From positions 97,154,001 through 97,218,000 of the forward strand of contig OZ287751.1 of NCBI GenBank assembly GCA_965649765.1: a stretch of DNA of 64,000 nt. Direction: 5' to 3'. The notes under the pieces are model-generated. The model did not search any database. It worked only from the letters and a program-made list of their open reading frames with translations, and had not been told where the DNA came from. Of the stretch, positions 24,650-38,861 are shown piece after piece (the stretch's first letter is position 1; every line of letters starts with the position of its first letter). The DNA comes from Bispira polyomma (lineage: Eukaryota). Made by a program: the position numbers and the translations under genes.

Positions 24650-27600
24650 ATAAAAGGTTTTTGATCTAAATTTGAATCTACTGCCTTGCAGGCGCAATAT
24701 CTTCCTTGCAAAAGGAACTCAGTGCGCTAAACGAAACAAGAAAATAATCCAAAATCATAGTCAAGGGTCAGACAGTAGGTGCATAGTGGCTAAAAGATTT
24801 GGTGAAATATTTGTGGGATTTGTTTATTCTAGAGTCAAAAAAGGGACTTGAAGGAAATTTAATTTAGGGCAGCTATGTCTTGTGTTTCTGGACGAGGTAT
24901 AAGGATGGAGTATTTCTTAAGGTATACTGGTAGGCCATATATTAGGACCTTGTATGTGTGGCGACCTTCAGTATGGTCTCAAGTTCCAAATATAAACAGC
25001 TGCATCTGAATGTTCAACTGATCTGACTTCGCGTTGTGTTCAAAGTTATAGTGACCAGTCACTGACCACGACTAAGGTTCCCATAGTATAACAAGAACCT
25101 CTTACGATCACGCTTGGTATGAAATGGACACTTGGCTGTATTTCTGGATACTTAATAAAAGATTAAAAGACTAATTATAAAGTTAAAATATATCTTCTTT
25201 TATTTAAAGACTCATTTTATAACTTCATTACATGTTTTTACAATTGAGCAGAGTTCTCATAACTCACCAGTTTTAATACACTATTGGATTATATTTAAGA
25301 CACAAAGAAACATTAACTGAACCCATCAAACTAGCTAGTACTGGGATGCCATTCACCTAACTTAATGGTGGCCCCTAAAAGTGCCAGTGCACTGATGCAG
25401 GTTCCACCAAACCATAGTGTGAACTGACCTCCCAGTATCTTCTGTAAGTACAGGGCTAAGGATAATTAATATTTACCATATTTTACTGCGGCAAAAAGAG
25501 CTTCCAGTATATATTTCCTGGTATACTGTTTGTTTACCAGTTATACTAGAACACACTCTAGGCCACCCTCTCCTCCTGCAAAAACCCACTTGTTTATATA
25601 CACAATTACGGTGCTTCCCGGTGAATCTCCGGATATTCTTATGAAGACGTTGCACCCGTTTACTAATATAACATTTACATTTAATATGAATTTGACTGTA
25701 TACATTTGCTAGCTTATAATTATAACACACTAAATATGCAAGTTTAAAGACAAATTGACCCACAGTAGAAGTCTTACATTACATTAAACATTTTAAGATG
25801 ACCTTAAATTATTGACCAACTTTGCTAAGTTATGTATATTATATACAAAAGCAGTGGGCGGAGAAACCACCGCAAACACCGACAGCAGTAAAAGAAGGGA
25901 ATTGATATAGCCTTTCTGTGGCGGGTCGTTTCATATGTGATCAACCCAATTTTGAACAGCACCCTATGTTTAACTGGTAGCCAATAGAGCTTTTACAGTT
26001 CTGGTGTTACATGAGAATACTTGGAAGTCGCCAAAGTGAGTTTTGGACCTGCTGTAGCCTCCTTAATTCAAATTGCACGAGTGAGGCCAACAGGGAATTG
26101 CAGTTGTCAAGCCTGCTACTGACAAGAGCATTTCTAAGGAGGACTGCTGTGTAGAAGTTTGCAAGTGGCGAATCCTATACAGTTCTCTAATATGGATTCG
26201 ATTAAACTTTGCGGCTTGGTATACATGATCTGAAAAAGCCACACACTACCCCTAGATTTATAACATTAGAGGATGGTGCAACTTTATTACATAGAATGTC
26301 AGTTGGAAAAAAAAGGTTGTTTACGATGATTTTCTTAACCGATCAGAATGAATTTAGTTTTATCCGAGTTTAACTTAAATGTGTTTAGTATCATGAAATT
26401 TTGTAAGTTATGTAGGCAGTCTGAGAACTTTCATTGACTGAGTAAAATTTGTAAATTAAGTTATATATAACTGAGTGTCTTTGGCTTAAAAATGGTGTTT
26501 GATGCCCTGGTGAGACTGAATAATACAACTGAGTGGATTAGTGTACACAGAAAAAAAAAGTGGGCCAAGAACAGAGCCCTGAGGGACTCCAAATTTTAAC
26601 TTCATAGCGTGTGACAGTGTAGAACCCACATTGACTGACCTTGACTGTTTAGTCTATGGAAATACAGTGGAGAGATCAAGGAGGATAAGAGCGGTTACGC
26701 TTCCTTCTGCCATCTTAAGGAGGAGATCCTTTTGTGTACTGAGGAGCCTCAAAGGAGGGCACTTTTGGAAGAGTGGTATTTTCTGTAGGCAGATTAGAAG
26801 CCAGTCATAAAACACGCCTCATCTAAATCTGATTGAAATTGAGATGCTACCACTCCCTTTAGATTTTTAGAACTTCTGTGTCAAAGGTTGATTATTTAAG
26901 AAAGGGAGTGACATGAGCCTGTTTTAAAAATTTTGGGCAGGTTCCTTTACAGAGTGATGCTTTTATCATTGATGTAATGGGGGTGATAAGCATATCCAAC
27001 AACTCAATAACAAGGAAGTTAGGCTATGTGTCGAGGGAGCATGATTTGTTTGAAGAGTTTTTGATGATTTTTGCTACTTCCTCCTACGAAACAAAGAAAA
27101 GGTAGCGAGGGTAGGGGGAGGAGGGTCCATATTAATGTGTTGAGGAGGATGTGAGGTTGCAAAAGAGGAACAAAATTTTGTGATTTTATATTTGAAGAAT
27201 TCAACAAAAGTGTCTACTAGAAGCTGATGAGATTTGGCTGAGGGAAGTGATATGACTCATGTAGATCTGTGTAGTATATCATTTGAACACCCCCCAAGTT
27301 TTTTGGTTTTGTTGATTATCATGCATTCTAGCATTCTAGATTTGAGAAAATCCGATTTGGCTAGACATCTTATTGTACAGATGAACTTTTTGCATCTATT
27401 TATTGCATGTATTTAAACTAGATTTATTTTTGTGCCGGATTTGCCAAAACAGATGTTTGGTCTCTTTAGCTGCAATGACACTGTCATTTACCCACCTAGG
27501 AATGTAACTAGAGGATGTATATCAATGAGATGTTGATTGAATGGAATAGTACTGATAGTACAGGGCATTAATTAGTTTCAGGATTAACAGAAGATCATTC

Positions 27601-28330
27601 CTCATGGCATCTATGTTGATTTTATGATATTTACGAAAAGTGACAGTATCAGCGGCATTTCCTCTATGGGGTGTAAGGTTGAGATTGAAACTAATTGAGA
27701 AATTATCTGAAAGTCTTCTGTGGCATGGACATTAGATATATTGTAATTTGTAGATTTAGTAAGTACCAAGTCGATAGTATGTCCATGGACATGATTTGGC
27801 AAATTTACCTTTTGACACAAGACTCTAGGAGGCTTTGAATATTGTTTGTGTGTCACTGGAGTTTGTATCAAGGTGAATAGTGAAGTCGCCGATGACTGCC
27901 TGGATGACTAACTGGATGACTAGCTTGAACTCTTCGTAAGTGGTTACAAGGTTGGTTGATGGGGGTTTATATATATTCAAACAGTAAAAAGATGCATTTT
28001 TAGAACAAATTTGGATGAAGAGGTTCTCAGTAGTTGTCAGTGGGGATAGTGTTTGTTTGGAAATCATTTTTGGCAAGGAAAGCCAGGCTTCCACCACATC
28101 GTGATTCATGGGGACCATGGGAAAGAGTGCTATTTGGTGGAGTGTTTTCACTAAGGTAAGCCTGGGAAGCATCGGATCGAATCCATGTCTCCAACATGGC
28201 AAACACGTCGCTGTTATGAACTTTGAAATAGCTGGATATTTATTTGAGATGGATCTGACATTTGGAAAGAAAAATAGTAAGGAGTTTGCAGAGCTATAAT
28301 TTGGGTTGATGTCACCAGCAGAGTAATGTA
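24650..28330 (-). mobile_element. Old, nearly full-length degraded L2-clade LINE ORF2, interrupted by a solo LTR
   Basis: AGDINPN/NVRSISNK APE start near 28300, GDF, HGHTIDLV, RT remnants at 26300-27000, WLPVKHRVLFKIGLITY near 25935-26000, 3' end at 24650-24958. Confidence 0.8.
24959..25933. mobile_element. Solo LTR (975 bp) with 6-bp TSD
   Basis: Begins TGGCGACC and ends GGTCGTTTCA (TG...CA with a short inverted CGACC/GGTCG). TATGTG is duplicated at 24953-24958 and 25934-25939. Excision rejoins the L2 frame KIGLITY-KVL. Confidence 0.8.
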
Positions 28331-30079
28331 AGTAAAAAAGGTATAAAATTGTTGGCAGAATGTATAATGCTAGTAAACAAATTAATATGTTTGAGAAAGT
28401 TATATAGCAGGAAAAGACATGCAAAATTCACAGAAAAACGGATGACCGAAATGAGGAATGTGAGCGAAAATAAAATTTTTTTAAATGAATTTGGTGTCAA
28501 AGGACTAAAAAATATAGAAATAATCGAATGAGGTGATAGTTTGTAAAAGCAATGTAAACCAGTGATGTTTCAATAATAACTTGAAGGCAGTGATTGAATT
28601 TTGATTTTTGCGAGACGATAAATATTGAAACTGTAATATTCATGACAAGATTATCTTGGATACAAACATAATTTCTATAAAATACAGAAACACATGACCT
28701 TCTTCTAGCTTAAATCAAAAGAGAAGTTCTGCCTTCAGCTGCTCTAAATATCTAATTTAGTTAGTCTATAAATATATAAAAATGAAGTATTGCAGTGTCC
28801 AAGATGTTGCAATTCACAAATGTGATTGGAACATTACTACTATGATGGTTTATTATTCACATTGCCACAACATATGACACATGGTTTATGTCAATAGTCA
28901 CTAACAGACCAGACTAAAAGTTGCCAAAAGTCTTTGAATTTTTATATGACTAACAACAAACTTTATTTTAAAACCAACTTCAGACCAAAAATTTCGGACC
29001 TCTGTTTACAAAATTTTTTACAGAATGTCCAGAAAGTTCACATGCATAGTTTCCTTAAAAAAAACAAGTTCTAGATATTCCTTATATTTGTAATAGTAAG
29101 TTTGGGATATGACTTCAAAAACTAGTGGATCTTTGGCTGCAGTAATTTGTATTGTTGTGTCACTAGTCTTTCTGACAAACTATGACATGCTGTCAAATAT
29201 GCTAATTATGTTTGTATCCACACAAAAACATGCAAATTCATAAGAGATAAGGCCAATTAGAAAAATGTGATTCACCAATTACCTCCCAAGACGGTCATAA
29301 TTATGTGTACTACCCAACCTGAAATTGACATAATAATGACCATTGAAATTTAAGATATTTCATCTTTTTTATACGGTGTTTTAAAATGACTGACACAATA
29401 TTTTAAAGTCGCTGTATTTTGGCATTGTTTTTTTATAGACATAAAGTTAAAGGGCTAGTACGTTATTGGCGAATAAAGGACTGACTTACGGTTTTTAGTA
29501 ACTTAAGTATAGTGATGGAATAATATAATGTATATAAAATATAATTAGAAAATATGATTGCACTTTTGGAAAGCTGTAGTTATTGGTAGTTGAAACTTGC
29601 ATTAAACTGACTGGATTTTCACAGGAGCAGCCATATTGAACCTAGAATCATATTTATAAAGAACCAATCAGATTTTTTAGGTATTGAGGAAACTGAAAAT
29701 GAAAATTGTATTCTTAACATGTTGAAGTTGTTTACTTCAGCATTGCCAAAAATACAGGGACAGGTATTTCATTTTGAAATGGTCCCTAGTATGTCACTGT
29801 TCGTTTATGTCAACGTTTATGCGCATTGAATTCTTCCCTTACAATATTGTTGAAGGCTTTGTGTGCTAAATTTTATATGAACAAGGCACAATAAGTAAAT
29901 CCTGGCAAAAAGCCTTGTATACATTTGATATGTTTTATCTGATGTTTCATATATTTTATACAGAACCTTTTTTACTTGTGTACATATTTATTATGTTTTT
30001 TGTGTGATACAGTTTATCTTATACAAGTTATATTTTAATATGGACTCTGGGCCTGAAATAAAATCTATCTATCTATGTT

Positions 30080-32520
30080 CCCCAAAATTTCAGAATTTGT
30101 AGCATGAATGTTAAAAGTATAAGACGTAAAAATAAGCACAATGATCTATTTGACTGCACAATGATCTATTTGAATGATTATTCTATTTTCTGTTTAGTAG
30201 ATATTCATATTGGACAGAATAGAGAATAAACTATTAATCAAGAATGGGGAAGCGAAGTTGTACTAAGTGCAATTGCCATAGTGTTCAGAAATAATCTGGA
30301 TTAATAAATATACATAGAATACATTGAATATACATAGAATAGAATACATTGAATATACATAAAGACACTACTGGTAATCTACTGATACTTAAACTTGAAG
30401 TAGAAAACAAAATTTTCTTTATTGTAGGTGTGTATGGTCCAAATAACGACAGCCCTCTGTTTTATGAGAATATCAAAATGCTAAAAAAACCTTGTGTGAA
30501 ACCTTGGCAAATGAGTCTGATATGCCTATGGTGATGTGTGGTGATTGGGATATACAATGTAGTTCAAAATATTGATAAAGACACTTTTGTTTTTATAAAA
30601 GAAAATAGTTTGAAGGCATAACAGAAGTTAGATGAAATACTAAAACTTTATGATCTAGTGGATACTTGGAGATGTTCAAACCCAGATAACCAATCTTATA
30701 CCTCGAAAAGTGTACAACAGCCTACCCAGATGTCTAGACTTGATTATTTCTTGGTTTCTTCTAACATTCATTCTATTATAACTAAATGTAATATAAAGTA
30801 TGGATATGGGGTGGACTATTCTCTTTTCTTATTGATATTGAACTTAAAATTCACGAAAGGAAATTGGTTTTGGAAATTGTTAAAAATAAAATTAAAAATA
30901 TGGTGCTGGACTTAACTCAAAATAGTGTAGGTTCTTGCTCCAGTCAAATGGTGTTTGAGATATTGAAATGTTGCAACAGGAACAAATGTACTAGAAAATA
31001 ATGTATTTATCACTAAATTTGAAAAATATAAGGTTAAAATGTGTATGCCAATCAAAAATACAAGCAATTTTGTTAAAATCAAGAGCTCAAAAATATTATT
31101 CTGTCATTTAGTAAAACTATACCACATTAATAAGCAAGTTTTGCAATTAGACAAAGGAAATGGATTTTTGCAACATAAACAACATGAAAAATTATTACAA
31201 GAAATTTTATCAATCGAAAGAAGTGTTTCTAAATATTTGTTAGAATTCCTAAATACACATTAATCACAAACCTTGAAAGTAAATGATGAAAAGAACGATG
31301 TCAGGGTTTAATAACTGAAATTAAAGTAAAAAAAGTTTTAAAACAAATTTAAAATGGCAAAACACCTGGTACAGATGGATTTCCGGCGGATTTGTCCAAA
31401 GGATATTGATGGATATAGCCAAATTTGTAGTTGATAGTCTAAATGAATCTTGTGAAGATAGGGGACTTTCAGTAACTCAAAAGCAAGGTATAATTACAAT
31501 CTTACCAAAACCAGGCAAACCAGAAACACCTGGTCTATAAAACTATAACTGATTTTTTACTTTTTTTTCCTGTTGCAAAGTGGTTGTCGACAAGAGGACC
31601 ATATGAGCGTGTATCTCTTTATTTTAGCTATTGAACCACTTTCAGTTTCAATTAAAATTGATAATAATATAAAAGGAATTACAGTTGGATATAATTGTAA
31701 GATTGACAATTATGCTGATGATGCCTTTTTATTGCTTGACGGTAAAGCGAAAAAAACACATTGTACCTGGCTGGGGTGTAGCAAAATGATACTGCTATCT
31801 GTAGTGATCTAAATTTAACATGGACATTTTATTAAAATAATAAATCAAATTGAAAAACTCATTGTTCAGTCTAACATACACAACATATCTATAATAGGTA
31901 AAGTATCAGTGAAAAAATAGTTCTACCAAAATTAGTGTATCCTTCAGCAGTATTCCCTGCCCCATGTCCAAACATATTTAAAAGGGTATAATATTTTATT
32001 TGGGTAAAAATGTTCACCTATCTTCTTCACAGCTAGAGACAAGAACAAGTGATGATTAAGTAAAACTACCCAACATTATGATTTTTTATTGTAACTTAAG
32101 CAATTACATATGACGAAAAATGGCAATAACTCTCTGAAAGTGAAAACATAAAAATAAAAAAATAAATTTTGGAAATTAAATAGCTTATGCATTCTGTACC
32201 TAGGCAGTGGAAAGTACAATACAATGATGAGTGGGATAGAAATTTAATTAAACAAGAACAATTAGAACATTTGTTAAAATTTGCAGAGAAGTTTACTGGA
32301 CAATTGTTGATAATACAACACATAAGATCCCATATTTCAAAATACCCAAATGTGCTGTGTGAAACCTTGAATACCCAGAATATGTCTAAAATTGAAACAG
32401 CTAATTTTAGGTGCACAATGGAAACAATGATGAGAGCGTTTCGGTATGAAATAATCCACAGAATACTGCCAACAAATCTGTACTTGAAACTACGCAAATT
32501 AAAAGAAACAGAATATTGCT
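30080..32520 (+). mobile_element. Heavily degraded Tx1/L1-clade LINE ORF2
   Basis: VYGPNNDSP, SRLDYFLVS, KTPGTDGF, SGCRQ, YADD, FRYEIIHRILPTN. Confidence 0.85.
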
Positions 32521-35500
32521 AGGCGTACACCTATCCGGGTGGCTTCAGTCCAGTCACAGCTGATCTTGTTAGAGCAGAAAGTATGGGACTTTCAGCTAAA
32601 GTGGACACGCCTCTTACACGTAAACCCGAGACCTGGTCGGTCCCGAGGGTGGACAGTAATGATTAAGAACCCCTGTTTAGCTTAAGCGCAGTGTTCACGA
32701 GCCCTAAGGCGAGATATGCCAAGACGTTTGCTGAAACAGCAGTTCTCGTCCGTGATACCATGAGCGTGACGAAGACCCCTGCTAAAAACAAGAAACAGAA
32801 ACAAACTACTGACAGTGATGGGTTGAACACAGGTCGAGATCTCGCTGCAAATACCCTGTCTTTTACACCTGTGCAGCCTCTCTTGAGGGAAGGGGGCTGG
32901 CAGCAAACAAACGAGAACTCGTTGGGTGCGACACCACCACAGCCATACAACACTCAAGCAGTTATAAACTTGGGGGTTCAGACCCCATGCATACAGGCAC
33001 TCATGCAGAAAGCCAACAGAGACATTCCTAGGGATATGAACTTTAACAATATGTTCCCTTACAAGGATCAATATGGACGGGCTGTTCAGATTCAGCCACA
33101 TCACCCAACATGTACAGCTGGGTGTCTTCCAGCAGTGGAGTAGAGGAAATGGGCGTTAAAAGTAGAATTGATAACCCAGGAAGGGCCTACCACACTGGAC
33201 TCCCTGAGGTCCAACCCAATGGTGCAGCTCTTAGTAGATGAGCGTATTGCTGCCCTGGAGGCTCGTGTGAAGCTGGAAGAGCGGGCGATACAATACTACT
33301 GATACATCTCATGCCTCATCTCACTGGAGATGGCCGAATGAGGCTTGCCTGATTGGCACAAATAGGAAAAAGCAGATATTTGATGACCTATCTATGGGAA
33401 ACTTTGTAGTTGGACAGATTAAAAATATTTTGGATACACCTGACCCTGTCATAAACAGGGCCATGTTGTCAGAGATGGGAGAAACCATTAAACTGGGAGA
33501 GAACTTGCCATGGCACATTGCTAGAGGCGCCTATGCCATGAGCATGCACCAAATTAGGGACGGTTTCATTTCCCGGCCAGATACCCGCATCTTGGGGGAC
33601 AACAGATTGACCTACTCTCAATCTGCTGAATTTAGTGGCTCTGTCACTCTGCCCAAGGCCACTATTGCAGCCTCAGCAGCAGCATCAACCACCAACAAGA
33701 AGGTAGCCTGCAAATGGTAGAACGAGGGCTCATGTTCTTACTCAAACGACCACCATGACAGCTCTGGACAGACCTTGTTTAGACACATTTGCTATTATTG
33801 CTTTAAAGTGTTAAAGCGTACCAATAACCACACAGAGGCAGAGTGCCAGAATAAGAAGAAATCGAACGCTGAATAGGAGCAGCATAACTGCCTCGACTTC
33901 TCACATGACTACATTATTTAAGCTTAGTGGTGGTGGGTGTTTTGCTTATACAGTGGCCTCATCACAACTGGGAGACGGCATGAGACTATCAGTAACTGAT
34001 CTTTATAGTTTGATTCTTAAAATGCATAAATGTGGTTCATATAATAACCTGAAAAATGTAAAAGTAAACGTGTTTGTAGGCGCTCTCCTCCTTAGACTGT
34101 GCACCCCTGAATGTGTCAGGCATAACTTGTATTCCTCTAATGTCACAAGCCCTCAGCACGTGCCTAGTGATAAGCGAGATCTCACCCAAGATACTTGTTG
34201 GGAGAGCTGGTCTCCCGTACACCAGGGTTTAGTTAAGAACATTAAATTTAAGAATAAAATCCCTTTTGATAGGAGTTTTGGTTTTGTATCTAGAGCCAGT
34301 AATCCTATTTATGCCCCTGAGGGGCCCGAAGTAGATATAGATAAATTAGATCATTACATGTACATGGCTGACCAAATTAAGGACTCAGGTGTCCCCAATT
34401 ACAAGGGCTGTAGATTTCCCCTTTCCTCGGGCCTGCATTGGCAGAATTGGCTCAAGTATAGAGATGGTTACTATGACCAAAGGTTGTTTGAATATATAAA
34501 ATATGGGTTTCCATTGGGCCTAAACGCATATAACCATATTAGCAGCACAGCTTCTGAGAATCACCACTCTGCAAGGTGTGAACCCAAGGCTATTGAAAAA
34601 TACATTCAGACTGAATTACAGGAAGGAGCCTTATTAGGTCCTTTTCAAAACATTCCCCATGCAGATTTTACCTGGGCCCCTCTCATGACTAGGGATAAAG
34701 ATGGGGGCTCTGCAAAACGGGTTATTTTAGATCTCTCATATGGGGACACCTCAGTTAACCAAGCCACTTGCAGGGAAACCTATGATGGTACTGAATTTAA
34801 ATTGGTCCTCCCACACATCAATGACCTTATCCCTCAGTTGACACAGTTAGGTGACCAAGCTAGGCTATACAAGACTGGCATTTCTAGAGGGTTCCAAAAC
34901 ATCAACATGTGTTTATTAACAAGCTGTTGGCTTTACTTCGGGCCAATAAGGACAATCGTGCCTTGCCAGCAGATGAAGCATATAGGGGGGGTATTTTGTG
35001 GTTCATAGTGTTTTTACAACAATTTAATGGTAAAGTGTATTATGAGCGAGAATCTCGCCCAGACAAGGCTTTTGTAGACGCCACTCTAGTAAGGCTGGCG
35101 GGGGCATGGAAAGACCATGTATATTCAGGTCACATCCTCCCACCGAAATTGAATATTCTGTCCATCACTCAGTATGAAATGTATAATGTTTTGGTGGCTC
35201 TGCATCTGTGGGGCACGTTTTGGGAGAATTCGGCTATTCATATTCGTTGTGACAATGAGAGTGTAGTCAGTGTAATTAATACTGGCAAAACAAGAGACTT
35301 GGCACTGAGGAATTTGTGGCTTATAGTGGCAAAGCATAACATCAAACTCAGAGTGTCACATATTCAAGGCAAATTGAATCACATAGCTGACAAATTGTCT
35401 CATTCAAGTTTGAGTCAGGTTAAACGTGACTTTAGTCATAGTGTTATAGATAGTGTTCAGGACATGATGTTTTTATTTGATTTTCAATTGTAGGAGTTGC

Positions 35501-36903
35501 TACTCATTTGTTGCCTATGTTGGATGCGACCATACAAAGATTCCAGCATGCTGTTCGTCCTAAAACTAAAAGACAGTATAAGAGTCAGTTTAGATTATTT
35601 GTGGCATTTGTGATTGCTAATCATATTAGTGACTATGGGTCTGAGGCGACCATGTTAATTTTTCTCAAGTTTTTGCCCTCACCAAGTGTGACATATAAAG
35701 TAGTGTTGAATTACATATCAGCAATGAAGTTCCATGTTATTGAATACTCTCTCCCTCACATGGTATTTGAGGCCCCTATTGTAAAGAAGTTTTTGAAATC
35801 ATTGATGCACACAGGCCCCCGTACCACCAGAACTAAGAGCATATTTTCTCTTCAGCAGTTAAGTCAGATTTCTCGCCTGTGTAATGTGTATGAAAGTTCT
35901 TTGACATACCAGGCTGCCTTTTAGTTGCCTTCTATGGATTCCTTAGAATATCCAACATTGTACCCGTCTCTAGTGTACAATATGACCCAACCAGGAGTAT
36001 ATGTAGGAGGAACATCATTTTTGAATACCCAGGGGCCCATATCTCGTTGAAATGGGCTAAAAACTTGCAGGCACCAAATTACCTCACATCATAAAATTAC
36101 CTTGCATAGACAATCCACTCTTGTGCCCAGTTCAGGCTCTCAAATCACTCCTGAACAAGTTCAAGCTACCACCACAAGACCCTCTGTTTGTAACTGACCA
36201 ATATGAAATTTTTACACAGTCTATGGTTAGACGTTGATTAGCTTCAATTTTAAGAGTAATGGATGTGCCATTGTTGGGACATGGCTTCCACACATTCCGC
36301 CTCTCTGCAGCGACGCTAGAATATGATGCCAATGTGGACATCAATAGTATTCGTATGCATGGAACATGCAGGAGTGATGCAGTATGGTCTTACTTTAGTG
36401 CCAAAACCTCTCAAACCAACACCGTTCCCCTTACCTTCCAACAATTACCAAATTCTTCTACATAGCGGCTTCTTTGGGCTTGGAATATTTTTCCCTAAAT
36501 TTTGCTCATATACTACAACTAACTTGCTAGAAACTAATAAAATAGAATCCCAAGTCTTTAAAATCTTTACTTCAACCTTTCTCACTTCCCTGGACGAGAT
36601 TCTGACTGTGGGGGTAATAAACGTAAACTGCTGCATCACTACTCCACACTTCATTAATGAACTTTTTGTTAAATGATTAAATCCCATCCTCACCCACCCT
36701 GTGCTGTTGTGTTGTACCACTAATATGTACAAAATGTATTTTATTTGTTTTAGTATCTTAACTGTATACTGTGTTGGGCTATTTTTCCCTAAATTTTGTT
36801 CATATACTACAACTCACTTGCTAGAAACTAATAAAATAGAATCCCAAGTCTTTAAAATCTTTACTTCAACCTTTTTCACTTCCCTGGACGAAATTCTGAC
36901 TGT
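32521..36903 (+). mobile_element. Tyrosine-recombinase retrotransposon (Ngaro/PAT-like, split direct repeats), 5'-truncated and decayed
   Basis: Gag-like region with a Cys/His-rich C-terminus (about 32690-33876). RT 33905..35008 (YGFPLG, LLGPF, RVILDLSY; YxDD region deleted). RNase H 34909..35493 (VDA, YEMYN, CDN, NHIADKLS). YR about 35490-36465 (FYGFLRISN, HTFRLSAAT, HGTCRSDAVWSY). 124-bp direct repeats at the 3' end. Confidence 0.92.
36486..36903 (+). repeat. 3' split direct repeats (B1 36486-36609, B2 36780-36903)
   Basis: Two 124-bp copies with 4 mismatches counted by eye, separated by about 170 bp. Confidence 0.9.
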
Positions 36904-37148
36904 TGCTTGCATTATCAGTTGAAAATGAAATCTTGATGCTTGTGTTCTGAAGTTTAAAAATGAAATATTGTTCCTTGTATTGTTGCTTGCGTTATCAGTA
37001 ACAAATTCAAACTTGTGGCTTGTGTTCTTTGAAAGTTAAATTAATTTCAACTTTCTATCCATATATATAACTAGTTAAAAAATTGTTGTTGCTTGTGTTC
37101 TGTAAAAGTTAACTGAATTATAACTTTCTATCCATATATATATATATA

Positions 37149-37465
37149 TGTTACAGTAAATATGTGAAATCAGTACATACGCGTATTTACTGAAATTTTC
37201 AGTAAATACACGTATTTACTGATTTGGTCAGTAAATACGCTTAATCCCTAAAAATTTCAGTAAATACGCATACTTACTGGTTTTTGGGTCCAGTAAGTTC
37301 ACGCATTTACTGAATTGTCTCATTATTCTTCAAGTGATGATTAACTAGCCACAAACACAATAAGTCTTTTTCATCCATATGATGTATAATTATGTGGTAG
37401 TGGTGATCTTACAAGTTATTGAAGAGTCCATCTTTATTTCGATCAATTTATTTCGACACATTACA
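37149..37465. repeat. Palindrome-array element flanked by (TA)n
   Basis: About 5 copies of the palindrome cagtaaatacgcgtatttactg at 37170-37312. Begins TGT, ends ACA, with (TA)n runs on both sides. Confidence 0.6.
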
Positions 37466-38861
37466 TATATATATATACTATGTTGTCTATCCTTAGTGTA
37501 TGTTATACATATCATCCATTTTATTACACCAATATGTTACTAGTAGTCTTCAAAATATATATTTCAACTAAAAATGACTTTTGAAATAGATTTGCTCATA
37601 TAAATGAGATTTTCTCATATATTACATGTCATATACCGGTTCCGCTCTCCATCTCGCCCATGTTCGTGTAAACGCCCATACCCAACTTTTCAAATATTAC
37701 CGAAAACGGCTAATTAATTTTAAAAAAAACGTATCATATAACAACAAATACCATAAAGAAACTATCAATATATAAATCAAACTTGTAAAACATACCAGTT
37801 TAAGATAACTTAGTCATATTAACAGCCATAATTTACGCTTCCTGTGTACACTAAGAATGGTGACGTTTTTTCACCTGGGAGCATCTGTAATTTCTTAGTT
37901 TGCTAAAATTTAGTGTATAAATCTTGCTTGAATCTATGTTCAACTGAATCAGCCATGTTGTACATGTACAAATCTAAAATGAATTGTTAGCAGGCAAGCA
38001 GTCTTTATTTATACACAACAGTATATGATAATTACAATTAATGGCTAACTACAAATTCAATGGGTAATTATTTTGAACCTTCTTAATCTGGCCCAATGGA
38101 TTTCTCAAACTGAGAAGCCACATCTCAACTAACCTGTAATTGTATTTATTAAGAAGCCACAAGTATCACATATAATTGGATGACCAGCATCCAATATAGG
38201 CAATTTTACAGTTTTAGGTACATCAAAAGAAGAGTTTGTAAAGGGTTGTTTTCATCTAATTATCATATTACCTTTAAAGCTATTATGGCCTGCACAGACA
38301 TGCAATTGAGTCTTTGATGCTATTTGGATGCTATAGAAGCCACAGTTAATATATAGTTAAATGAAATTATTATTGTGTTCTTGAAAGTTAACTTAATGTC
38401 AACTTTCTATTCATGTATATATGTAGAACTACTCAAATAAAATTATTTTATTTAGGGAACCTTAAGTCCTCCCGTAAAGTTAATTAATTTATGGTAACCT
38501 TTAGTTGTCATTAAGTTATGGTAACGTTACCATAAAAACCTAGAATTAATATTAAACCTCAAGTTTCCATACAAACAGTAGATTAGATATTGAACCGCAT
38601 ATGACAGTGTTGCTCAATTTGACCTCTACCAAACCCTGACCCCACTTTACTCGTACACATGAAACTGAAGGCATCAGTTTGAAAGAAATAATTTGAAACA
38701 AATATTACAATATTTTATCTTCAGCCTTCATTCAATAACTCAATCAATGATTTAATGCTTACTTTTGAAAATAAAAACAATTTTACAGACATACCGACTG
38801 ATAAATACATCATGAGACAAAAGACTGTCTATAATTACTAACCAAGCAGTAAAATACATAA

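Noticed and set aside
38752-38861. Tail of the 201-aa ORF, or a donor at CC|GTATGT (38866)
   Set aside because: The tail has no SLC52 similarity. That phase-2 donor would put the next exon out of frame.
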